A stretch of 64,000 bases of DNA from an uncultured Candidatus Saccharibacteria bacterium (lineage in GTDB: Bacteria; Patescibacteriota; Minisyncoccia; UBA6257; 1-14-0-10-44-23), in NCBI GenBank assembly GCA_964641225.1, contig CAZXKC010000003.1, positions 1,177-65,176 of the forward strand, written 5' to 3'. The translations under genes and the position numbers were made by a program. Of this stretch, positions 1 to 7,931 are shown piece by piece (within the stretch, counting starts at the first letter, position 1; each line of letters starts with the position of its first letter). The notes under the pieces were generated by a model. That model made no database searches, was not told where the DNA came from, and saw only the letters and a list, made by a program, of their open reading frames with translations.

Positions 1-83
1 CGCAAAAGCAGTATAGGCACAATCTGGGAAAAAATCAAAATGCAATACTAAAACTGATTATTAAAATCCTTTCTCCGGTGCCG

Positions 84-109
84 CGCATGCGCGGCACCGG
101 GATCAGGCG
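84..109. repeat. perfect 26-bp palindrome ccggtgccgcgCATGcgcggcaccgg overlapping the stop codon of the 103..423 ORF
   Basis: read directly; no U-run on either side, so not a canonical terminator. Confidence 0.5.
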
Positions 110-423
110 CTGATAGGTAGGGCGGGAGATTCGACGCTTCGGAAGCGCTCCACGTGTCTGAGCGCGAGGCGAAAGGCCTCTCGCAGCTGCACGTCGGTCA
201 ACTTACCGCGCAGACAGATCAGGTAGCGATAGAGCTGATTGGCCACGACCGTATCGAGCGGCTCGCTGCTGATCTGCTCCAGAACTGCGCGGATGCTATC
301 GAGTAGGCGCAGACGCTTCTTCGCAAGAGGCGCCCCTGCAAACGCCTCAACGTCAAACTCCAGTTTCAAACACGCCATCCTCAGAAAGGAGGGCGCCAAC
401 ACAATCTCTGCAGTGTTCTGCAC
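103..423 (-). CDS. hypothetical small protein (106 aa), GC-rich relative to its surroundings, GTG start preceded by GGAGG
   Basis: ORF track; the RC of 421-423 is GTG; CCTCC at 431-435 gives GGAGG 5 nt upstream; no recognisable family. Confidence 0.35.
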   Translation of the reverse strand: MQNTAEIVLAPSFLRMACLKLEFDVEAFAGAPLAKKRLRLLDSIRAVLEQISSEPLDTVVANQLYRYLICLRGKLTDVQLREAFRLALRHVERFRSVESPALPISA

Positions 424-478
424 GACGGCCTCCTTTCGGGATAAGTATGAAGACGAACAATCTCGGCTTCAGTTACAA

Positions 479-496
479 TATATCATATATGATATA
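479..496. promoter_or_regulatory. 18-bp perfect palindrome TATATCATATATGATATA (operator-like), copy 1
   Basis: read directly; an identical copy lies at 552-569. Confidence 0.5.
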
Positions 497-551
497 ATTT
501 ATTTTATTTAACCTGTTAATATCTCTATAATTCAAAATTACCGCCTACATT

Positions 552-569
552 TATATCATATATGATATA
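552..569. promoter_or_regulatory. 18-bp perfect palindrome TATATCATATATGATATA, copy 2
   Basis: identical to 479-496, 73 bp downstream, in the upstream region of the 103..423 (-) gene. Confidence 0.5.
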
Positions 570-584
570 TTTATTCCGCATCCA

Positions 585-618
585 ACACAAAACCCGCCAG
601 ATGGCGGGTTTTGTGTTG
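585..618. terminator. intrinsic terminator hairpin (acaaaacccgcc-agat-ggcgggttttgt), bidirectional
   Basis: 12-bp GC-rich stem with U-rich flanks, immediately downstream of the DoxX gene stop at 640. Confidence 0.6.
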
Positions 619-639
619 GAACCTATGACGCGTAATCTA

Positions 640-1068
640 CTAGGCCTTCGTGTGCCACTTGGCATCAAGCGAGTAGCGACCGGCGCCGGTAATCATCAAA
701 GAAACAAGTCCTGCAAACAAAATCAATACGAGCTCGTATCCGCCAGAGCTTACAAAGAAGCCCTTGCTGATGTGCACAGTAAAGAGCGCAACCAGCATAT
801 CAATAGCAAGCAATTTGCTAAACCAGTGTGTACCCAAACCAATGATGAGCGCGATACCGCCCAAGAATTCAAGCCACATAACGATAAAGGCAAAAAAGCC
901 GGCGGCCGGAATACCAACTGAGGTAAAGAAGGCGGTGACGCCATCAAGACCCATACCGTTAATTTTCTGCCAACCGTGGAGCAGGAAGGTGACGCCGATT
1001 ACAACACGCAAGATGAGCGGTGCGTATTCAGCCCACTTTGACGAACAGGTGCACATGAGTGCTTTCAT
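640..1068 (-). CDS. DoxX family membrane protein (142 aa from internal ATG MKALMCT...)
   Basis: multi-TM sequence with a DoxX-like N-terminal pattern (LILRVVIGVTFLLHGWQKI); the upstream in-frame extension of the ORF is GC-island sequence and unlikely to be coding. Confidence 0.65.
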   Translation of the reverse strand: MKALMCTCSSKWAEYAPLILRVVIGVTFLLHGWQKINGMGLDGVTAFFTSVGIPAAGFFAFIVMWLEFLGGIALIIGLGTHWFSKLLAIDMLVALFTVHISKGFFVSSGGYELVLILFAGLVSLMITGAGRYSLDAKWHTKA

Positions 1069-1140
1069 AAAAATAATAATTAAGATTAATAATTCATAGA
1101 TTATAACTGATATCGTGCTTAGAAAGAAATCTAACGGGAT

Positions 1141-1170
1141 TGACAAATTTTTAGAAAAGCGTATATTATT
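1141..1170 (+). promoter_or_regulatory. consensus sigma-70 promoter TTGACA-N16-TATATT
   Basis: TTGACA at 1141-1146, TATATT about 16 nt downstream. Confidence 0.6.
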
Positions 1171-1218
1171 TTTGAAATCGCTCCGTGTCGGAGCGACGGC
1201 CAGAAGACTGGAGGACAG

Positions 1219-1416
1219 ATGTCTCAGAGCACGACCTTCGCAGACGCCGCGCCGACAGATCCTGCCCTGCGCCAAGATGACACCTCGCTGCCGAGGGCCA
1301 CGCGAGCGCAGACCGACGACTTCCTGGAGTGGGCGAGGGGCATCAACGGCTCCTTCCACAGGGACTTCGCGATCGACGACAAGGCGGCCCCTGCAGCTTG
1401 GCGAGTCTCGGGCTAG
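1219..1416 (+). CDS. small acidic hypothetical protein (65 aa) in GC-rich island A; could instead be a structured ncRNA
   Basis: ORF track; GGAGG 4 nt upstream of the ATG; flanked by a consensus promoter and an intrinsic terminator. Confidence 0.35.
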   Translation: MSQSTTFADAAPTDPALRQDDTSLPRATRAQTDDFLEWARGINGSFHRDFAIDDKAAPAAWRVSG

Positions 1417-1442
1417 CTCTCGCCCGACGCGGGCAACCGCAG

Positions 1443-1492
1443 TCACCCCCACCCTACGTTGCTGTTTGGGCGGGGGTGAGGAGTTTTTAAGG
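1443..1492 (+). terminator. intrinsic terminator (tcacccccaccc...gggcgggggtga followed by a T-run)
   Basis: 11/12-bp GC stem, then gaggagttttt. Confidence 0.6.
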
Positions 1493-1500
1493 GGATTTGC

Positions 1501-1560
1501 CGGGCAGTGAAAATGCGAGCATATGAACCCCGCGCTTCGCGCACTCGCATTTCTACTGCC
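1501..1560. repeat. inverted repeat of a 20-bp element (ccgggcagtgaaaatgcgag / ctcgcatttctactgcccgg) just upstream of the rpmE -35
   Basis: arms are reverse complements with one mismatch; a third exact copy of the 20-mer lies at 46174-46193. Confidence 0.55.
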
Positions 1561-1601
1561 CGGTTGACCTTATTTTAAAAATCCGTATACTAATCAAACA
1601 T

Positions 1602-1865
1602 ATGAAACAGGATATCCACCCAACATACTTCCCGCAGGCACAGGCAATCTGTGGTTGTGGTAAGAAATTCGTTATTGGCTCAACAGTTGAGAAGATTGAA
1701 GTTGAAATCTGCTCAAACTGCCACCCGTTCTTTACCGGTAAAGAGAAGCTAATCGACACCGCTGGTAAGGTAGAAAAGTTCAAACAGCGCCGCGCAGCAG
1801 TTGCTGCAGCACCGAAGAAGGAGAAAAAAGTCCGAATTGCTAAGAATAAGAAGGGGGTAAACTAG
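1602..1865 (+). CDS. rpmE: 50S ribosomal protein L31
   Basis: Cys motifs CGCGKKF...CSNCHPFFTGK typical of L31; 87 aa. Confidence 0.9.
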   Translation: MKQDIHPTYFPQAQAICGCGKKFVIGSTVEKIEVEICSNCHPFFTGKEKLIDTAGKVEKFKQRRAAVAAAPKKEKKVRIAKNKKGVN

Positions 1866-1896
1866 AGGTACTAGATAGAGGACTATAGAGGTATTA
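1858..1896. repeat. short tandem array of a TAGAGGTA-like unit (ctagaggtactagatagaggactatagaggtattag)
   Basis: read directly; related arrays at 32560-32612 and 63200-63240. Confidence 0.5.
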
Positions 1897-1922
1897 GAAA
1901 ACCGCCCGAAAGGGCGGTTTTT
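1897..1922. terminator. intrinsic terminator aaaccgcccgaaagggcggttttt
   Basis: GC stem plus T-run after rpmE. Confidence 0.7.
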
Positions 1923-1925
1923 GAT

Positions 1926-2468
1926 TTAAGAGACACTTTCCGCGGCTGCGACGGTCGGTTCAACCACCTGCCTTTTCTTTGCGTGCAGTAGGGGAATACC
2001 GATGGCACTGGCAAGCAATAAGCCAACCGTATTACTGGTTAGATCGAGCCAGGTATCGATAAGACTGTCGGTAAACATCGTGCCGGTTACTGTTTGCATC
2101 ACAAATTCAGCCAGCTCATTAGCCACTCCAAGACTGGTAACCAGCAGCAGACTCATAACAAAAAATTGAAACTTAGTAATCTGCACCTTGCTGTCGCGCG
2201 CGGCGAAAAAACTCGTAAGTAAGGCTAAGAATCCACCACCAAACGCATGCAAGATACGGTTACCCAGCTGCTGATCGGAGATATTGTAACTAACGAAATA
2301 TGCCAGCAGGCTCAGGCCGGCAATCCAGACGAGCGAGATGATTGAACGGCGACTAAGAACAACCTTTCGTTTCTCGAAAAAATACGGAAAGAAAAAAAGC
2401 AGACCGGCATACACTACGCAGAAGGCGACCGTCAGAAACACCATATAGAAATAGTTGGCGAACTCCAT
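1926..2468 (-). CDS. integral membrane protein, weakly VanZ-like
   Basis: multi-TM ORF; start taken at MEFANYF; family assignment is weak. Confidence 0.4.
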   Translation of the reverse strand: MEFANYFYMVFLTVAFCVVYAGLLFFFPYFFEKRKVVLSRRSIISLVWIAGLSLLAYFVSYNISDQQLGNRILHAFGGGFLALLTSFFAARDSKVQITKFQFFVMSLLLVTSLGVANELAEFVMQTVTGTMFTDSLIDTWLDLTSNTVGLLLASAIGIPLLHAKKRQVVEPTVAAAESVS

Positions 2469-2537
2469 GGGCTCTAGGATACCGCAAACGACTCGGGCGC
2501 GCCATCCCACCTAAGGCGAGCAAGCTGGCCGCGTAAC

Positions 2538-2570
2538 ACAAAACCGCCTATCGGCGGTTTTGTGTTGTTC
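2538..2570. terminator. intrinsic terminator aaaaccgcctatcggcggttttgtgtt (bidirectional)
   Basis: hairpin with U-runs, downstream of nrdJ on the minus strand. Confidence 0.6.
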
Positions 2571-2667
2571 TCTATTTTTCCTCCCCAGGATTTTTGATTT
2601 TGCCCTAAAACGTCGAGTACGACGTTCGGGCGGCCGCCTTAGCGGCTTAGCCCTACCGCAGAAGCAA

Positions 2668-5160
2668 TTACCCGCACCTCGAGAAGCCACAACTACCGCA
2701 CGACATACACCCCTCCTTCAGCGTTAAACTTCCTCCACAATCCGGACAGCCTGGCATCATACCGTAATCAGCAAGCGCAGGTTTCTTAGCAGATGTCTCA
2801 TTCTGAGACTTTTGAGCTGGCGCCGGAGATGCGGTTACCATCTCGGCGATAGCACTGGCGCTTTCGGAAATAGCCTTTGTACCATTGGTCACGTGTTCTT
2901 CAAGAATCTGAGCGATAGCGTCTGGGAGCGAGAGAATAGTGCCGCGGTTGGTCATTACCGGCATTGGACCGCGAATACCCTTCATCTGCTTAATAATTTC
3001 TTCTACTTTAATATGGCTTCGAAATGCCGTTGAAATCAGGCGACAGAGGGCCTCTGACTGTTCCTGGAAGAATCCGCCGCTCTTACCAAGCGTTGCAAAC
3101 ACTTCAATCGGCGCGCCATGCTCATCATCGTTGACCGTCACAAAGAGCACACCGTACCCCGTCTTTACTCGATATGTCTTACCAGAAACAACGTCTGGAC
3201 GAGCGCGCGGTGAAAGCTTGCCGGCATCGATTGAAAGATTAAGTGGTTTTTCGATCTGTGCCGGAACACTGGTTGGATGTGCGTCAGAACCAATTGCATC
3301 AGTCGTTGATTTAATCTTTGAAGCATCGCCGATGTTGAGCACCTGTACATCGCGGCTACCATCACGGTAGAAGGTCATACCTTTGCACTTCAATTTCCAA
3401 GCAAGTACATATCCGGCGGCAACCTCTTCGCGCGTGGCGCGGTTAGGGAAGTTGATTGTCTTACTAATCGAGTTGTCGACGTGCTTCTGGAATGCAGCCT
3501 GCATCTTGATGTGATCCTCGGCTGAAATATCCATTGAGACGACAAAGGTGTCGCGCAAATCTTGCGGAAGACTGGAAAGATTTTGGATTGAGCCGGTTTT
3601 TATAAGCTCGTCCATGATGCCGCTAATATCGATCTTGCGATCTTTAAGCGCCTGCTCAAATACCGGGTTGAGATATTTATACTGAAGACCGTCTTTATCT
3701 TGCTTAGTAAAGAACAGCGCAAAGTTTGGTTCGATGCCACTTGAGCAGTCGGTAAACATCGAGATTGAGCCAGTCGGAGCAACAGTGGTCAGGGCAGCGT
3801 TGCGGTGTTTAATACCTTTTTTACCCCAGACTGATTCTTTCCAAAGCTCGAAGGTTCCTTTTTCTTTCGCAAGAATACCGCTCATCTTGTGAGCCTCTAC
3901 GTTGATAAAGCTCATCACTTTTTCGCCAAGTGCGCGACCCTCTTCGGAATTGTATTGCACGCCCAACTTGTAGAGCATGTCGGCAAAACCCATGATGCCC
4001 AGACCAATACGGCGCGTGCCCTGCGCACGATCGGTCACTTTTTGAACCGGGTGAGCGTATAAATCAATAACGTTGTCGTGTAAACGTACAGCGGTACGGG
4101 TAACAAACTTGAGACGGGTCCAGTCAAACTTGCCATTCTTTACAAAGGCCGAAAGGTTGATGGATCCTAGGTTGCAGACGTCGTAGTGATGCAGGAATTG
4201 TTCGCCGCACGGATTTGTTGAATCAATATCACCGAGCTGAGGAAGCGGGTTGGTCCGATTTGCAGCGTCGAGATTAACAACGCCCGGTTCACCGTTGCGC
4301 CAGGCTCCTTCAACGAGCTCATCAAACAACTGCTTGGCCGTGATATCAACCTCCTCTGCGCCGGTTACGGCTCCGTTAGGGGAGCGAAGCACGCGGTGCG
4401 GCTTCATCTTCTTGCCGTTCCAGGTTGCCATCCATAATTCATTTGGCTTTTCAGTGACCGCCTTCATAAACTCGTCGGTGATACCGACGGAGATATTAAA
4501 GTTACGGATATCGCCCTCCTGCTTTTTGCAGTGAATGAAATCAAGAATATCTGGGTGATGAATCGGCATGATTGCCATGTTGGCGCCGTGACGACCCTGC
4601 TGCTTGATGATGCCGAAAGCGGTGTTGTAGATTTTCAAAAACTCAATCGGACCCGAGGACATACCATTGGTACGCTTTGTCGGCTGACCAGCCGGACGAA
4701 GCCTGCCAAAAGAGAATCCGAGACCGCTGCCGGCCTGCTGTAGAAGCGCCGCCTCTTTTAGGGTCTGGAAAATTTCATCAAGCGTGTCGTGGACAGGAAG
4801 TACGATACAGTTAGCGATGATCGGCGTGCCGTTACCAACGTTGGTGAGCGTGCGCCCGGCAGGCGTATGCTCCTTGTTAGACATAATAGAGAAGAAATCC
4901 GCTTCTATCTTAGCTGCATCAGCCGGACTTTTACCGTATTTTGTCCGTTCAATCTCGGCAAGACCGTGCGCAACACGGTGATAGAGCTCTGCAGGCGTTT
5001 CTTGCGTACCATCAGCGCGCTTTGCAAGATAACGCTTCTTCATCATCTTAAGCGCATTTTCTGAAAAAGATTCGTTGACCTTTCTGTCGATCGCCGCCTG
5101 CGAAAGAACAGCAGTTTTTTTGGTGGCCGTTTTGGCGTGTGCCACATTCCGCTTCATCAT
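2668..5160 (-). CDS. nrdJ: adenosylcobalamin-dependent ribonucleotide reductase, class II
   Basis: 830 aa; NPCGEQ...CNLGSINL active-site region typical of class II RNR; C-terminal Cys-rich zinc-ribbon tail. Confidence 0.85.
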   Translation of the reverse strand: MMKRNVAHAKTATKKTAVLSQAAIDRKVNESFSENALKMMKKRYLAKRADGTQETPAELYHRVAHGLAEIERTKYGKSPADAAKIEADFFSIMSNKEHTPAGRTLTNVGNGTPIIANCIVLPVHDTLDEIFQTLKEAALLQQAGSGLGFSFGRLRPAGQPTKRTNGMSSGPIEFLKIYNTAFGIIKQQGRHGANMAIMPIHHPDILDFIHCKKQEGDIRNFNISVGITDEFMKAVTEKPNELWMATWNGKKMKPHRVLRSPNGAVTGAEEVDITAKQLFDELVEGAWRNGEPGVVNLDAANRTNPLPQLGDIDSTNPCGEQFLHHYDVCNLGSINLSAFVKNGKFDWTRLKFVTRTAVRLHDNVIDLYAHPVQKVTDRAQGTRRIGLGIMGFADMLYKLGVQYNSEEGRALGEKVMSFINVEAHKMSGILAKEKGTFELWKESVWGKKGIKHRNAALTTVAPTGSISMFTDCSSGIEPNFALFFTKQDKDGLQYKYLNPVFEQALKDRKIDISGIMDELIKTGSIQNLSSLPQDLRDTFVVSMDISAEDHIKMQAAFQKHVDNSISKTINFPNRATREEVAAGYVLAWKLKCKGMTFYRDGSRDVQVLNIGDASKIKSTTDAIGSDAHPTSVPAQIEKPLNLSIDAGKLSPRARPDVVSGKTYRVKTGYGVLFVTVNDDEHGAPIEVFATLGKSGGFFQEQSEALCRLISTAFRSHIKVEEIIKQMKGIRGPMPVMTNRGTILSLPDAIAQILEEHVTNGTKAISESASAIAEMVTASPAPAQKSQNETSAKKPALADYGMMPGCPDCGGSLTLKEGCMSCGSCGFSRCG

Positions 5161-5382
5161 GCTGGGGAGTATGATTATTTAAAATTTGATACGTCCTACG
5201 CAGAAAATAGTGTGGACATATTTTCGCGCCGATTCACGATTTCTACTCATCAAAAATTCCTGATGAGTGCCTCCAATTGTACTCCCACGTCTGAGGAGGT
5301 AGCAAGAGTGGATAACTAAAAAAATGTTTAAGTTAGAAATTTTTCACATCGAGTGTCAATGAGCACGAATACAGATCAAAAA

Positions 5383-5412
5383 ATCAGCCGTGATGAGCTG
5401 ATGTTTTTGAAT
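5383..5412. terminator. hairpin atcagccgtgatgagctgat followed by a T-run; likely terminator for tRNA-Phe
   Basis: stem-loop flanked by T/A runs just 3' of tRNA-Phe on the minus strand. Confidence 0.45.
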
Positions 5413-5417
5413 AAAAG

Positions 5418-5489
5418 TGCCGCGGGTCAGAATCGAACTGACAACCACTTCCTCTTCAGGGAAATGCTCTACCATTGAGCTACCGCGGC
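5418..5489 (-). tRNA. tRNA-Phe (anticodon GAA)
   Basis: hand-folded cloverleaf: acceptor GCCGCGG/CCGCGGC, D-arm GCTC-AATGGTA-GAGC, anticodon loop CUGAAGA, T-arm GTCAG-TTCGATT-CTGAC; 72 nt; CCA not encoded. Confidence 0.85.
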
Positions 5490-5606
5490 GTGAAAAGAAT
5501 TATATAGAAAATAGGACAACTAGGCAAATTATTAGTAATATTCTGTGGAACCTATTCCACAGAGCGCTTCTTTACCAAACGGAAAATTTACATTAAAATT
5601 AATACT

Positions 5607-6110
5607 ATGGCCAAGGCAAATTGCAAAGTATGCTATAAAGCTTTTTACGTCAGACCTAATCATGTCGCAAGAGGATGGGGTAAGTATTGCTCTCAGCAAT
5701 GCAACGGAAAAGATCGGCGGCGCTTCGGTAAGATAGTAGAATGCTACGTTTGTAAAAAAGAGGTATATAAAATGCCTGCTGCTTTAGCGCATTCTAAAAG
5801 TAAAAAATATTTTTGCACAAAATCTTGCCAAACGCGCTGGCGCAACTCAATGGTATATATTGGCGAGAACCATCCGAATTGGAAAGACGGGGGAGAGCGC
5901 CATTACAGGGATATTCTTAAAAAATCTAAACAGCAAGAAATATGCCAGCTATGTCGAACTACGGATAAAAGAATTTTGGCCGTGCATCACTTGGATCATA
6001 ATCATAGAAACAACAGAGTTGAAAACTTAACCTGGTTATGCCACAATTGCCACTACCTCATCCATCACCATGAAGATGAGCGTAAAAAACTGATGGTGCC
6101 TATAGTTTAG
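5607..6110 (+). CDS. HNH endonuclease with N-terminal Cys-rich zinc-ribbon repeats
   Basis: HHLDHNHRNNRVENLTWLCHNCH HNH motif; the last ~15 nt, including the stop, lie inside the tRNA-His gene. Confidence 0.7.
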   Translation: MAKANCKVCYKAFYVRPNHVARGWGKYCSQQCNGKDRRRFGKIVECYVCKKEVYKMPAALAHSKSKKYFCTKSCQTRWRNSMVYIGENHPNWKDGGERHYRDILKKSKQQEICQLCRTTDKRILAVHHLDHNHRNNRVENLTWLCHNCHYLIHHHEDERKKLMVPIV

Positions 6111-6169
6111 TGGTAAAACTTCACTCTGTGGCAGTGATATCGAGGGTTCGATTCCCTCTAGGCACCCCA
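6095..6169 (+). tRNA. tRNA-His (anticodon GTG) with G-1 and encoded CCA
   Basis: hand-folded: G-1 pairs with discriminator C73, acceptor GTGCCTA/TAGGCAC, anticodon loop CUGUGGC, T-arm GAGGG-TTCGATT-CCCTC, 3' CCA. Confidence 0.85.
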
Positions 6170-7762
6170 AGATGCAATAAGTTGCGCGAAAGCGGCCTTC
6201 CGCATTGGAATGGTCAAGGTTTTGTCCAGTTCCAACCGTTCATATTCTGCCTTTAGTGCCGGATACTGGTTTTTTATCGGAACGAGCCATTCGTTCGCAT
6301 CAATCCTCACTTCTTTGTCTTTTACTGAAAATTTCTGACCAAGTGCCACAAAGATCTCGCGTTTCTTATCTAGCCCGCCCGTAATGAACTCTTTGCGGGC
6401 ATACGTCGCAAAATTAAAAGTTTTTTCGGTGAGCTCCAACCACTTCTCAGCCCGGCTCTCAGTTTGCCGCAGATTGCTTTTGAGTTTGGCGATCTTACCC
6501 TTCAATACGTCACGCTCTTTGATAAAAGCTTCGTCATCAATGAGTTCCCGATAGCGCATCCGTGTAAGGTTATCGAGCTCCTTCTGTGTTTCAACTAAAG
6601 AATTGTGCTGGGTCTCATAAATTTTTGTCCGCGTCTCAATCTCTTTATCATTGTTTTTATTGAGTATTTCAAGAGCCCACTTTTGGAAATCGGGAAGTAT
6701 GGTGTGAAGCTCCAACTCAACTTCAATCTGATCCTCAACTTCTTTTAGGGTCATTGGCTCACTGTGGCAGTCGCTGCCTTTTTTTCTTCGAGTGCAGTGG
6801 TAATAAGTGAAATTTTTAAGCTTACCTGTTTTTTTGATAATTTTATTTTTCTCACTTGCGGTATACATCGAGCCGCAAGTTGCACAGAGCATAATGCCGG
6901 TAAAGGCAAAATCGTGCGTCTTGGAGCGCGGCTTGCCTTTGCGTCCAAGAATGACCTGCACACGATCATACTCCTCAAGACTGATCATCGCCTTGTGCTT
7001 ACCGTTATCCCAGATTTTGCCACACCACTCAAAATTTACTCCGGTATAGAAAACATTAGTAAACATTTTGTAAATTGTACTGCTCCCAATCTCACCGCCT
7101 CCGGTACGCTTTGTTCTCGGCATACGCAAACCCCAATCCTTACTTGCGATTTTCCGTATCTGCGTTGGCGTATAATTTCCGGTGAGCATTAAATCCCACA
7201 TTTTACGGACCAGATGAAAACGTTCAGTATCTTCGTAAATCGTATGCTCCAGCTTATCGTTCAAGTATCCAAGTGGTGCACGTGATGGATACCAACCGCG
7301 CTCAGCCTTACCGACCATTCCGCGCATACTGTTTTTCCGCAAATCAATAATAAATTGGTTTGCCATCCCACTTTCGACATTGAAAAGCAGCACGTTGTCA
7401 TCGGGTAAAAATTCCCGATCCATTGTTTGGATGCATTTCAGTGCGCCCTGCTGGAGCATCCAACTCAGCGTTCCGCTATCAACTGGATTGCGAGAAAGTC
7501 GATTAATGCTCCAGCACAAAATGCCGTTCGCCTCGCCCCTCTCAATGCGCTCAAGCATACTCGTGAATACGGGGCGAGCATCAGGCTTCTTCGCAGACTT
7601 TGCCTCTGGGAGAATATCAACAATTTCCAGGCCAAGGGAATTAGCCAGCTTTTTCAAGTTGTTGATTTGATCTTCGATAGACTGAACCTGCCGGTCCTCG
7701 CTTTCCGATGACTTGCGAGGGTAGAGGAAGAATTTAAGTTTTTCTGTTGGTTCTGACTTCAT
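6158..7762 (-). CDS. large serine recombinase (resolvase-domain N-terminus, recombinase domain, zinc ribbon, coiled-coil); ORF continues in frame to 7885
   Basis: YPRKSSESEDRQ...SIEDQ catalytic-serine region, large-serine-recombinase length; the last 4 codons plus stop overlap the tRNA-His 3' end (6158-6169). Confidence 0.8.
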   Translation of the reverse strand: MKSEPTEKLKFFLYPRKSSESEDRQVQSIEDQINNLKKLANSLGLEIVDILPEAKSAKKPDARPVFTSMLERIERGEANGILCWSINRLSRNPVDSGTLSWMLQQGALKCIQTMDREFLPDDNVLLFNVESGMANQFIIDLRKNSMRGMVGKAERGWYPSRAPLGYLNDKLEHTIYEDTERFHLVRKMWDLMLTGNYTPTQIRKIASKDWGLRMPRTKRTGGGEIGSSTIYKMFTNVFYTGVNFEWCGKIWDNGKHKAMISLEEYDRVQVILGRKGKPRSKTHDFAFTGIMLCATCGSMYTASEKNKIIKKTGKLKNFTYYHCTRRKKGSDCHSEPMTLKEVEDQIEVELELHTILPDFQKWALEILNKNNDKEIETRTKIYETQHNSLVETQKELDNLTRMRYRELIDDEAFIKERDVLKGKIAKLKSNLRQTESRAEKWLELTEKTFNFATYARKEFITGGLDKKREIFVALGQKFSVKDKEVRIDANEWLVPIKNQYPALKAEYERLELDKTLTIPMRKAAFAQLIASWGA

Positions 7763-7931
7763 ACTTTTTTTGTGCAAAGAGGGACAACCCCGCTGGACAC
7801 AATTACTCTTGCGAGCTTTTGTAGACGGAGTTATCCCTCTTTGTATGCAAAAACTCGCAAAGAATGCAATTGTGTCCGAAGTCATTATACCGCTTTTTGC
7901 TGATCATATCAAAAGGGAATAGTTAGTAAGT

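Noticed and set aside
1115-1510. 131-aa plus-strand ORF covering island A from upstream of its promoter
   Set aside because: Starts 5' of the TTGACA box and spans the terminator hairpin; an Arg-rich translation typical of out-of-frame GC-rich sequence.
5161-5380. B12 riboswitch or NrdR box upstream of nrdJ
   Set aside because: No B12-box (GCCACTG-like) was seen; only a weak TAGTGTGGACATATT half-palindrome loosely resembling an NrdR box. Too weak to call without a PWM scan.
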